From positions 29,541-93,540 of the forward strand of contig JAEUHX010000076.1 of the NCBI GenBank assembly GCA_016792805.1: DNA of 64,000 bases, written 5' to 3'. Positions 8,095-16,567 of the stretch are shown one piece after another; positions within the stretch are counted from its first letter, which is position 1, and each line of letters opens with the position of its first letter. The notes below the pieces were generated by a model, which was given only the letters and a program-made list of their open reading frames with translations, did not search any database and was not told the DNA's origin. This DNA comes from Planctomycetota bacterium. GTDB lineage: Bacteria; Planctomycetota; UBA1135; JACQFD01. The translations under genes and the position numbers were made by a program.

Positions 8095-9582
8095 CTACAG
8101 AACTCTTACGCGAAGCGCCCGCGAACTGCTCAAATGGAACGGGCTTGGCATGCACAGACCCGCCGTTGGCCAGGCAGAGATCAGTTGAATGAAGAATGCC
8201 TGTCCGGAGAGTGCGGGCTGCGGCGGAATCCCCAAGCTCACGAATGCTGAGGCCTCCGAGTCAGCTCGCGCGTCCAACACCAGAATCTGTGAGGAAGCAC
8301 TCAGGTCGATGTGGAGGAGCACGCCGGCTCCGAAGAGGTCGGAGCCGGCCGCGTCGACGGCGTCGCCGACCAGCAGCAGCGCGAGGGATCGAAAAGGAAC
8401 ATTTGTGATTGTGATACCGAAGCTGTTGTTTCCAACTATCGGAATGGAACTCGCGGCGATCCCCTGGACTCCGAGACAGCCCGCCGTGCCAGAGCCGATG
8501 GGCACGGTTGCGGGCGCCGAAGGCGTCAAATTCTGCATCGCAACGACAGATTGTGGAGCCGGGACTGCTGCAGCGAGATCTATGGATCCGTCAGCGCTGA
8601 AGTCGATTGCGGCGAGGCCGACTCCGCTCGCAATCCCCGCGATCACCACAGGCGCGGCGAATCCCATCGCTCCATCGCCCGACGCGAAATACACACCGCC
8701 GGAATCGAGCCGCGTGAAGACGACATCCGGCTTCCCGTCGCGCTGAAGGTCACAAATGCGGACTGAGAAGCACTGGCCTCTGGAGAGAATCGGCACGGGG
8801 GGCCCAAGGCCGCCCGCTCCATCGCCCTTCAGAGCTGAAACCCCGCTGCCACCCGCGGCGACATCGAGATGGCCGTCGATGTCGAGATCACCAACTGCGG
8901 CGACGAACGCGGAAACGGGAATCGAGAAGGGCGCCGAAGCAAAAGTGCCCCCCGTGTTTCTGTGAATCACGAGCTTCGAGTTCGACGCGGCCACGATGTC
9001 CGGGAGCCCATCGTCCGTCATATCGGCGAGGAGCACGGAGAATTGTGCTGAGAAACCATACAGGTCGCCAACTGGCTGAAGTGATCCCGCCCCGTCTCCC
9101 TTCAAGAGTCCGACTCCAGTAAAAAAGTAACCTCCGACGGCATCGAGATCGCCGTCGCCGTCCCAATCTCCTGCGGCGACGGAGTTGACGTCGTCGATGA
9201 GAAACAAGTTTTGTGTATTCACATAGCTTCCGCTTCCGATGCCGAGCAGCACCTGGAGGTAGGGTCCGAACGCTGCGTTGGCAATCAGGATGTCGGAAAG
9301 CCCATCCTCATTCAGATCGCCCGCCGCGATGTCATAGGCGGCGCCTGTCGTGGCGCTGAACTGTTGTGTGCCGAATCCGCCGACGCCATCTCCGAGCAGC
9401 GCCACGACCCCGTGGGACGAGCCTTGCCTCGCGCTCGCCACAAGGTCGCCGAGGCCGTCGCCGCTGGCGTCGAGCGCCACAACCTTCGGGAACTCGACGG
9501 GAGCTGGAATCGCTTGGGCGCTGAACGGGGGGGATCCTTGAGCGAAGCTTGTCCAGAGGACCGCAAGCGTCATCGGATTCAT
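8095..9582 (-). CDS. Secreted FG-GAP/VCBS-repeat protein with the recurrent C-terminal domain
   Basis: I place the start at ATG 9582 (MNPMTLAVLWTSFAQG); the track start at 10077 is an Arg-rich extension that overlaps the sigma gene. Calcium-type loops repeat (DLNEDGLSDI, GDWDGDGDLD, DMTDDGLPDI, DLDIDGHLDV, DLQRDGKPDV, DFSADGSIDL). The tail is ...GIPPQPALSGQAFFIQLI.... Confidence 0.8.
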   Translation of the reverse strand: MNPMTLAVLWTSFAQGSPPFSAQAIPAPVEFPKVVALDASGDGLGDLVASARQGSSHGVVALLGDGVGGFGTQQFSATTGAAYDIAAGDLNEDGLSDILIANAAFGPYLQVLLGIGSGSYVNTQNLFLIDDVNSVAAGDWDGDGDLDAVGGYFFTGVGLLKGDGAGSLQPVGDLYGFSAQFSVLLADMTDDGLPDIVAASNSKLVIHRNTGGTFASAPFSIPVSAFVAAVGDLDIDGHLDVAAGGSGVSALKGDGAGGLGPPVPILSRGQCFSVRICDLQRDGKPDVVFTRLDSGGVYFASGDGAMGFAAPVVIAGIASGVGLAAIDFSADGSIDLAAAVPAPQSVVAMQNLTPSAPATVPIGSGTAGCLGVQGIAASSIPIVGNNSFGITITNVPFRSLALLLVGDAVDAAGSDLFGAGVLLHIDLSASSQILVLDARADSEASAFVSLGIPPQPALSGQAFFIQLISAWPTAGLCMPSPFHLSSSRALRVRVL

Positions 9583-9718
9583 TCCAGCGAGGCTACCCAC
9601 AGCTCCGGAGCGCACGGGCGAAAAACCTGTCGCAGAGCCCGCGCGGGAGTTCGTACTAGCCGCATGTGCGCGCCCTGGCTCTGCGAATCGAGGCTCCCGT
9701 CCGCCTCCCGGCGGCGTG

Positions 9719-9743
9719 GGAACGCGTCGGCCGGGTGCTCGTT
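9719..9743 (+). promoter_or_regulatory. Candidate autoregulated ECF-type promoter (GGAAC-N17-GTT)
   Basis: GGAAC lies at 9719-9723, followed by a 17-nt spacer and GTT at 9741-9743 (CGTT at 9740-9743). It is about 120 nt upstream of the sigma start at 9864. Confidence 0.3.
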
Positions 9744-9863
9744 TCGCCAGCCGTGACACCGACGTCGCGCCCCGCCGGAGGGAAGTCTCGCAAGCTCCTC
9801 GCGCCTCGGTCGGACAGAATTGGCGCACCGGTGAACCGAACGCCCCAGCAGCCGCTTGGGAGC

Positions 9864-10511
9864 ATGACTCCCGAGGAGACCGCCATGGTGCGCGCCGCCA
9901 TGAAGGGCGACGCCGCGGCGTTCGAGCGGATCGTCCGCCAGTACCAGGAGCCCGTGTTGGCAGCGATCTATCGGCTGCTCGGCCCGCGCTCCGTCGAGGA
10001 CGCCGAAGACGCCGCCCAGGAGGTCTTCGCCAAGCTCGCGAGGGCGATTTCCACATTTGATTTCGCACGGCGCACACGATTCTCGACTTGGCTCTTTACA
10101 TTTGTTCGGAATCACTGTTTTGACGTGATGCGCCGACGGCGGGCGCCCATGCTGCCACTCGGCCGTCGCGGCGACCCCGACGAGGCCGAATCGCTGCCGG
10201 CGAGTGACGAGCCGCCGCCTGCGCGAAGTCTCCAATCCTCCGAGGCGCGGCGATTATTGGCCCACGCCATCGCCCAGCTTCCGGAGCCTGAGCGCGAAGT
10301 ATTTGTCAGGCGCGAGATCCAGGGGCTCTCGATTCTCGAGATCGCCAGCGAGATGGACACGCCCGCACCGACGATTCGAAGTCGGTTGCACCGCGCGAAG
10401 CTTGAGCTGCGGGCCAAGCTCGAGCCCTACCTCCGCGACGGCTCTGCGCCCTTCCTCCGTCCGCAGGCGGCGCACCCGGAGCCGCCCCCCGTACAATCCC
10501 ATTCCGCGTAG
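9864..10511 (+). CDS. ECF (sigma-70 family) RNA polymerase sigma factor
   Basis: Region 2 is present (DAEDAAQEVFAKL...FSTWLFTFVRNHCFDVMRRRR), as is region 4 (LPEPEREVFVRREIQGLSILEIASEMDTPAPTIRSRLHRAKLELR). I place the start at ATG 9864 (MTPEETAMVRAAMKGD). Confidence 0.9.
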   Translation: MTPEETAMVRAAMKGDAAAFERIVRQYQEPVLAAIYRLLGPRSVEDAEDAAQEVFAKLARAISTFDFARRTRFSTWLFTFVRNHCFDVMRRRRAPMLPLGRRGDPDEAESLPASDEPPPARSLQSSEARRLLAHAIAQLPEPEREVFVRREIQGLSILEIASEMDTPAPTIRSRLHRAKLELRAKLEPYLRDGSAPFLRPQAAHPEPPPVQSHSA

Positions 10512-10523
10512 CAAACAAATAAA

Positions 10524-11054
10524 GTGACAATTTCCAGGCAGAACCCAGATCCGGCGCAGGAGTGCGCCAGGCTTCGTCCGTTGCTCCCGGCGATTCTCGA
10601 CGCCGAGGACCCCGACATTTCCACAGTCCGCGCCCACGTCGCGGATTGTGTAGAGTGTGCACAGATCGCCGCAGATCTCGTGCGGCTCGAGGCGTGGGTC
10701 TCGGCAGACCGTGCGCCCGCACCTTCGACTCATTTCGCCTCTGCGACGGCGGCGCGCATGGTTCGCGAGCTGGAGTCCTCGCGCCGGCCGAGAAGGCTCC
10801 TTCTGCCGCTGACGTCGCTTGCGGCGGTTCTGCTTCTCGGCATCGGAACTGTGATATGGCAATCGTCGGGGCCTGAGACGGTGAATGCTCCCATGCGGGC
10901 CGGCGATCGCATGAAGCTTGAGCGCGCTCTGCGCAGATCCGGTCGTTTCTTTACATCGGCGGCGACGGCCGATCTGGCGCTTCCATTTGTGCCTACGGAC
11001 TCGCTTGCCGAAGTTCACCGATGGCAGGCAGCGGCGAGAAGGGCGAGCCGGTAA
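10524..11054 (+). CDS. Anti-sigma factor (zf-HC2 type), single-pass membrane protein
   Basis: HVADCVEC matches the H-x3-C-x2-C motif. There is one TM helix (LLLPLTSLAAVLLLGIGTVIW). It lies 12 nt after the sigma gene, and its TAA overlaps the next ATG (TAATG at 11052-11056). Confidence 0.8.
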   Translation: MTISRQNPDPAQECARLRPLLPAILDAEDPDISTVRAHVADCVECAQIAADLVRLEAWVSADRAPAPSTHFASATAARMVRELESSRRPRRLLLPLTSLAAVLLLGIGTVIWQSSGPETVNAPMRAGDRMKLERALRRSGRFFTSAATADLALPFVPTDSLAEVHRWQAAARRASR

Positions 11055-12604
11055 TGGGTGTCCTGACGGCAGGCATCCTCTGGGTGCTCGCGGCCACCGC
11101 TTTCGGCGGCGTTCACGAGCCCATCGCTCCGCTGCTGCCGGCGCCGCTGCCAAGCGGGGTGCGCAGCCAGGGACCGCTCTCCAAACCGGCGTCGAGCCCG
11201 GCTGTCGACGTTCCCGCGGACATTCTTGCAAAGATCACCGATCTCGACCGCGCGCTTGTCGCCGATGACCGAAAGGCGCTGCTGGCTCTCTCTGCCGGAG
11301 CTCCCTGCAATGATTCGTTGTGCTGGCTTCGAAGAGCGGAAGCGCTTCTCGAGTGGTTCGACGTCACGGAGCAGCGCACGGAGCCGCACCATGTCGCGAC
11401 GATTGGCGATGCTACTGCCGTTTATGTGAAAGTTTACCAATCGCGACGATGCCGCGGCGGCAAGAACTCCGCTGAAGAGACTGCCGTGGAGCCGCGCGTG
11501 CTGATGTTCCGCCGCACGCAGCAGGGGCTTGTGCTCGTACGTGTGGAGTCGTGGTCCGGCGGACATCTGAAGTGGATCTCCGGGGAGAGAATCGCCTGCT
11601 CGCCCTGCGGGTGGCAAATGAAGCGCCCCGAAGGCTGGTTCGTCGTTCCCCATACGGCGGCGGCCGGGGGCGCCTTCGACTCCGTTTCTTTTGTGCATTC
11701 GGATCTGTCGGTTTCCCTCGACGTAGATTGTCTGGTGGTTCCCAAGACGGAATCCCCGCTCGAGACGGCGACGCGCGACGAGGAGATGGCCGCCAGCGCG
11801 GAAGGCGCAAGCCATGCGGCGGCGGTGAAGCAGATTCGCCGAGAGGAGTCCGTCGAGAAGCTTACAGGCGCATCGGTCGATGGGCTTCGCGCAACACTCA
11901 TCTCCGACGTCGCGACTCAGGAGGGCGGGTCCGCTCGTCACTGGCGGGTCTACCGAGCCTTTCCTCCGTTCCTTTTTGTGCAAGTGGCCCACGGCCCCTC
12001 GAAGGACGTGGCGCAGCTTGAGCCGCAGATTCAGCTTCTTCTCGATTCTCTGGCATTGGACGGGCGGATCGTCGGCAGCCGAGATCAGGCGTTGAAGGTG
12101 GCTTCAGCCCATATGAGGGATTCCGAAGTAGGGAACGGCGAGCTGCGCTGCAAGTCACAGAAATTTGCGGTGAACGTTCCTGAGGGGTGGCACGCGCTGC
12201 CGCGCCCGGGAGTCGGCCGGTTTTGTTGGACTTTCCAGCACCCCGATCATGCCGATGTCTCGATCACGATCGTGGCTCGCGAAACGGAGGGCGCGGACTG
12301 GACGGAACCCGATGTGCGATCGTTTCTCGATGCCCGACGCGAGTCGATCGCCGCGTGGGCCAAGGCTGAGCCGAAGGTTCTCCGCGACACCAGGCGGAAG
12401 CACGAGAAGTCGGGAGAGCTTCTGTACGAAGTGGAGTCGGAGTGGAAGGAAGGCGGCACCGCGGGCGTGGTGCGCGAGCGCATCCACCTGATTCCCGTTG
12501 GCTCCATGTTGCTCTGTATTGTGATTCGCGCGCCTCAGGCGAAATTCTCGGCGCACGTTGAGACTCTGGAGCGGATCGTCGCGTCCTACCATAGAAACAA
12601 ATAG
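11054..12604 (+). CDS. Secreted hypothetical protein with two PsbP/DcrB-like modules (tentative)
   Basis: The signal peptide is MGVLTAGILWVLAATAFGG. Two blocks follow the 'P-E-G-W + beta strands' pattern (MKRPEGWFVVPH..., VNVPEGWHALPR...). It is translationally coupled to the anti-sigma gene. Confidence 0.6.
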   Translation: MGVLTAGILWVLAATAFGGVHEPIAPLLPAPLPSGVRSQGPLSKPASSPAVDVPADILAKITDLDRALVADDRKALLALSAGAPCNDSLCWLRRAEALLEWFDVTEQRTEPHHVATIGDATAVYVKVYQSRRCRGGKNSAEETAVEPRVLMFRRTQQGLVLVRVESWSGGHLKWISGERIACSPCGWQMKRPEGWFVVPHTAAAGGAFDSVSFVHSDLSVSLDVDCLVVPKTESPLETATRDEEMAASAEGASHAAAVKQIRREESVEKLTGASVDGLRATLISDVATQEGGSARHWRVYRAFPPFLFVQVAHGPSKDVAQLEPQIQLLLDSLALDGRIVGSRDQALKVASAHMRDSEVGNGELRCKSQKFAVNVPEGWHALPRPGVGRFCWTFQHPDHADVSITIVARETEGADWTEPDVRSFLDARRESIAAWAKAEPKVLRDTRRKHEKSGELLYEVESEWKEGGTAGVVRERIHLIPVGSMLLCIVIRAPQAKFSAHVETLERIVASYHRNK

Positions 12605-12663
12605 ACCGCCGCCGCGCCTCGGCGCGAAGACTGCGTTCACCCCGTGACTCGGATCGCTTATCG

Positions 12664-15600
12664 GTGCGTACCTATTCTCTGACCTCGGCGGCGCTTTCTC
12701 TCACACTTCTGTCTGCATGCGCTTCGCGGGAGGCACCGGCCAGCTCTGGGCCCGCAGCCGCGCGAACTGAGACCGCGGCGCGGGCGAGCGGCTTCACTCG
12801 CACCTCCACCAGCGAAGAAGTGTTGTCCTTTCTGAGGGATCTCGCGAAGCAATCCTCCAGGGTACACATCGGTGAGATCGGCAGGTCTTCCGAGGGCCGC
12901 GAGATTCCGCTTGTGGTACTTGCGGACCCGCCCGTGGCCGCAGCGGAGGACGCAAAGAGGAGCGGCAAGCTCATCGTGGCCCTGCTCGGGAACATCCATG
13001 GCGGAGAGGTGGATGGAAAGGAGGCTCTCCTCGAGCTGACTCAAAGCCTCGCGAATGCCGCGACGGGAGACATTCTCAAGAATGTGATTCTATGTGTGAT
13101 TCCAAATTATAACCCCGATGGCAATGACCGGTTTTCGGCGCAGAACCGGCGGGAGCAGGGCGGACCCCATCCCGTCGGTGCCCGGGAGAACGCCGCCGGC
13201 CTGGATCTAAATCGCGACTTCGTCAAGGCGGAGGCCCCGGAGACGCGGGCGCTTCTGCGATTTCTCCGTACTTGGGATCCCGCCGTTCTTGTCGATGCGC
13301 ACACAACCAACGGATCCCTGCACCGAAACCTCATTACCTATGCCGGTCCGAAGCACCCGGCGGGAGATCGTCGCGTTATTCAGTTTGTGCGCGAGCGGAT
13401 GCTCCCCGGTCTCCAAAGCACCATGGCCTCCGTCCACGGGATCTCCACCGGTCCCTACGGGTTCTTCTCCAATGGGCGGACTCAGTGGGTCACGTTTCCC
13501 GACGAGCCCCGATTCGGAACCAATTATGTCGGGCTTCGCAATCGAATCTCGATCCTCTGCGAATCGTACAGCTATGCGAGCTTTGAAGATCGCGTGCGAG
13601 GTTCGCGGGCGTTCCTGCAGGAATGTGTGAATTTCGCAGGCGCGCACGCTGCGGAGATCAGAGGCCTCGTCGCTGAGGCCGATGCTACGACGGCAGGCGC
13701 GGCGAGCGCTGGCGGCTCCGTGGCGCTTCGAACCGTGGTGCGCCCCTTCGAGCCGAAGATTACGATTCCGGGGTTTCGGGAAGGCGACGGTCCCGACCGG
13801 GGCGAGCCGCGCGATCTCGAAGTCTCCTTCGTCGATGACTTTGTGCCGGTGAAGTCGTCGGTATTGCCCCGGGCGTATCTATTGCCGTCGGACTCGAAAG
13901 CCGCAGTGGAACTCCTGCAGCGCCACGGCATCCCTGTTGAGATTCTTCGGGAAGATTTGGATCTCACCATCGAACGCTCGATCGTTGAGAAGTGCGTTCA
14001 GTCGGCGCAGGAGTTCCAGAAGCACAAGCTGCTTCAGCTGGAGACTTCCCGGAAGGCCGAGGTGCGCCTTGCCCGAGCGGGGTCCTTTGTGGTGCGCACG
14101 GGCCACTCCCTCGGAGTGCTCGCGAGCTATCTCCTCGAGCCCGAGTCGGAGGACGGGCTCCATGCATGGGGACTCCTCGGAGAGCGATTCGAAGCCGGTA
14201 CGGATCTCCCCATATGGAGAGTGCCGAATGCAACAGCCATGCTCACGACGGCCTATCGGCCTCTCGAGGAGGACCGCACTCTGCGAAAGCGGATCACCTT
14301 CGAGCTTCTGTATGAGAGGCCCGATCCTCCGCAGTTCCAGGGCGGTGCACACGGAATCGAAGGCTGGTGCGAAGACGGCGAGCACTTCTTACAGAGAAAG
14401 GAAGGGCGGATGTGGAAAGTGAATGCTGCAAGCGGCGCCGCCGAACTCTTCGGAGGCGATGCCGCGGAGATGGCGCGCGCGCTGGAGAAAGTTTCGCCGG
14501 CAGCGGCAAAGGCGCTGCGCGACTCGGGCGGAGCAACTGCTGTGTGGAGCAGCTCTCGCGAAGCTGTTTTCTTCGACTACGCAAACGATCTGTATTACTG
14601 CCGCACCGACGGGAAGGGGGCAGCGCGGCTCACTCAGACGCCCGACGCGGAGGAGGAGGTCGCGAGCTTCAGCCCCGATGGGAAGCTCATCGCCTTCGTC
14701 CGGGCAAATAATCTATTTGTTGTAGACGTTCTGACGCAGAAGGAGAAATCGCTCACGACGGGCGGACATGACCGGCTCCGGTTCGGGAAGGCCGACTGGG
14801 TCTACTTCGAGGAGCTCTTCAACCGCAGCTGGAAGGCCTATTGGTGGAGTCCGGATTCGAAGCGTCTCGCGTGGCTTCGCTCCGACTCGGCGGATGTTCC
14901 CACGTATACGCTCGTGAATGACGTGGGGCCGAAGCTCGAACTCCAGGCGGTCGCCTACCCTCGCGTCGGAGAGCCCAACCCCGTCGTCGACGTTCAGGTC
15001 GGAGATGTGGATTCCGGCGCCGTACGGACGCTCGATCTCTTGCCGTACCCGGCGAAGGATCGGCTCGTCACAGCCGTCGGCTGGTGGCACGACGGAGCTG
15101 CGTTGTTCACTTGCGTTCAGAATCGCGAGCAGACATGGCTCGATTTCATGGCGTTCGGCGCGGATCAGACCGCCGGAACGAAGCTGCTCCGCGATTCGAC
15201 GCAAGCCTGGATCGAATCGCCTCAGGTGAAGTTCCTGGAGGACGGCAGCTTCCTGCTGAGCAGTGAACGCACAGGCTGGCAGCATCTATACCGTTACTCG
15301 CGCGATGGCATCCTGCGCCACGCCGTGACGAGCGGGGAGTGGGAGGTTCAGTCGATCGAGCGAGTCGACGAGAAGGGAGGATTTGTGTATTTCGTCGGCA
15401 CGAAGGACGACCCTCTCGCGCCCAATCTGTATCGAGCCCGCCTCGACGGCTCCGGCGTCGAGCGGCTCACCCAGGAAGCCGGCGCGCACACGATCCGATT
15501 CAGCCCCCGCGGGCCCTGGATCATGGACACGGTCTCGCGGCGAGACGCGACTCCGCGCACGGTGCTTCTCTCTCTCGACGGCACTCCCGTCCGCACTCTC

Positions 15601-16401
15601 GACGCCAATCCCGTTTATGTGCTCGAAGAGTATGAGTTCGGAACTGAGCGATCGATTGAGATTCCGTGCTCCGACGGCGGCGTGATTCCCGCCACGCTCC
15701 TACTTCCCGCCGATTTCGATCCGACGCGGAAGTACCCCGTCTGGTTCAAGACCTACGGCGGCCCCCATGCGCCGACGATCGCGCAGCGATGGGACGCGGC
15801 TCGTCCGCTCGAGGAGGCACTGGTCAACAGCGGCATTTTGGTGTTTCGCGCAGATCCGCGGAGCGCGAGCGGACGCGGCGCAGTGTCCGCATGGAGATGC
15901 TATAAAAAGCTTGGCGTCTCCGAACTCGCCGATGTCGAGATCGCCATCCGATGGCTCATCGCGCATCACCCCTTCGTGGATGCGAGCCGCATTGGTATGG
16001 AAGGCCACAGCTTCGGCGGCTTCCTTACCGCCTATGCGCTCACCCATAGTGATCTTTTCGCCGCAGGCATCGCCGGTGCTCCCGTCACCGACTGGCGGCT
16101 TTACGATTCGATTTATACCGAGCGTTATATGCTGACTCCACAGACCAACGCGCAGGGGTATGAATCTACTTCTGTTCTCTCCGCCGCAAAGCAGCTCCGA
16201 GGCAGACTTCTCCTCCTGCATGGACTGCTCGACGACAACGTACATCCGCAGAACTCCACGCAACTGATCCAGGCACTTCAGACGGCCGGGAAGCAGTTCG
16301 AGTTCATGGCCTATCCGCAGGCTCGGCATGGCATTCGCGGGAAGCACTACCAGCGGCTCAAGTGGGATTTTATCCAGCGTTCGCTGCGCGCTGCGGGCTA
16401 G
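12664..16401 (+). CDS. Lipoprotein fusion: M14 zinc carboxypeptidase domain plus DPP-IV-type S9 serine peptidase (beta-propeller and alpha/beta hydrolase)
   Basis: The lipobox is LTLLSA-C after a GTG start. M14 motifs are NIHGGEVDG (His codon 12997-12999, Glu codon 13006-13008), NPDGNDRF and DAHTTNG. The S9 triad context is GHSFGG (Ser codon 16009-16011), LLHGLLDDNVH and YPQARHGI. There is no stop or frame change between the halves. Confidence 0.85.
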   Translation: MRTYSLTSAALSLTLLSACASREAPASSGPAAARTETAARASGFTRTSTSEEVLSFLRDLAKQSSRVHIGEIGRSSEGREIPLVVLADPPVAAAEDAKRSGKLIVALLGNIHGGEVDGKEALLELTQSLANAATGDILKNVILCVIPNYNPDGNDRFSAQNRREQGGPHPVGARENAAGLDLNRDFVKAEAPETRALLRFLRTWDPAVLVDAHTTNGSLHRNLITYAGPKHPAGDRRVIQFVRERMLPGLQSTMASVHGISTGPYGFFSNGRTQWVTFPDEPRFGTNYVGLRNRISILCESYSYASFEDRVRGSRAFLQECVNFAGAHAAEIRGLVAEADATTAGAASAGGSVALRTVVRPFEPKITIPGFREGDGPDRGEPRDLEVSFVDDFVPVKSSVLPRAYLLPSDSKAAVELLQRHGIPVEILREDLDLTIERSIVEKCVQSAQEFQKHKLLQLETSRKAEVRLARAGSFVVRTGHSLGVLASYLLEPESEDGLHAWGLLGERFEAGTDLPIWRVPNATAMLTTAYRPLEEDRTLRKRITFELLYERPDPPQFQGGAHGIEGWCEDGEHFLQRKEGRMWKVNAASGAAELFGGDAAEMARALEKVSPAAAKALRDSGGATAVWSSSREAVFFDYANDLYYCRTDGKGAARLTQTPDAEEEVASFSPDGKLIAFVRANNLFVVDVLTQKEKSLTTGGHDRLRFGKADWVYFEELFNRSWKAYWWSPDSKRLAWLRSDSADVPTYTLVNDVGPKLELQAVAYPRVGEPNPVVDVQVGDVDSGAVRTLDLLPYPAKDRLVTAVGWWHDGAALFTCVQNREQTWLDFMAFGADQTAGTKLLRDSTQAWIESPQVKFLEDGSFLLSSERTGWQHLYRYSRDGILRHAVTSGEWEVQSIERVDEKGGFVYFVGTKDDPLAPNLYRARLDGSGVERLTQEAGAHTIRFSPRGPWIMDTVSRRDATPRTVLLSLDGTPVRTLDANPVYVLEEYEFGTERSIEIPCSDGGVIPATLLLPADFDPTRKYPVWFKTYGGPHAPTIAQRWDAARPLEEALVNSGILVFRADPRSASGRGAVSAWRCYKKLGVSELADVEIAIRWLIAHHPFVDASRIGMEGHSFGGFLTAYALTHSDLFAAGIAGAPVTDWRLYDSIYTERYMLTPQTNAQGYESTSVLSAAKQLRGRLLLLHGLLDDNVHPQNSTQLIQALQTAGKQFEFMAYPQARHGIRGKHYQRLKWDFIQRSLRAAG

Positions 16402-16567
16402 CTGCCAAGCCCTTTCGCGTTCCGGCAGGCGAGCGTACGATCGAGGGCGCGTCGAGCCGCTTCGGACGAGTCAAGGCGTCGTCCCCTGTGATCCCTCGAG
16501 GCTCGGCGTCTCGCGGCGCGAGGCCTTTTCTCGCTCCCGAGCCCGTTCTCATGCCTCCACCCCGAGC

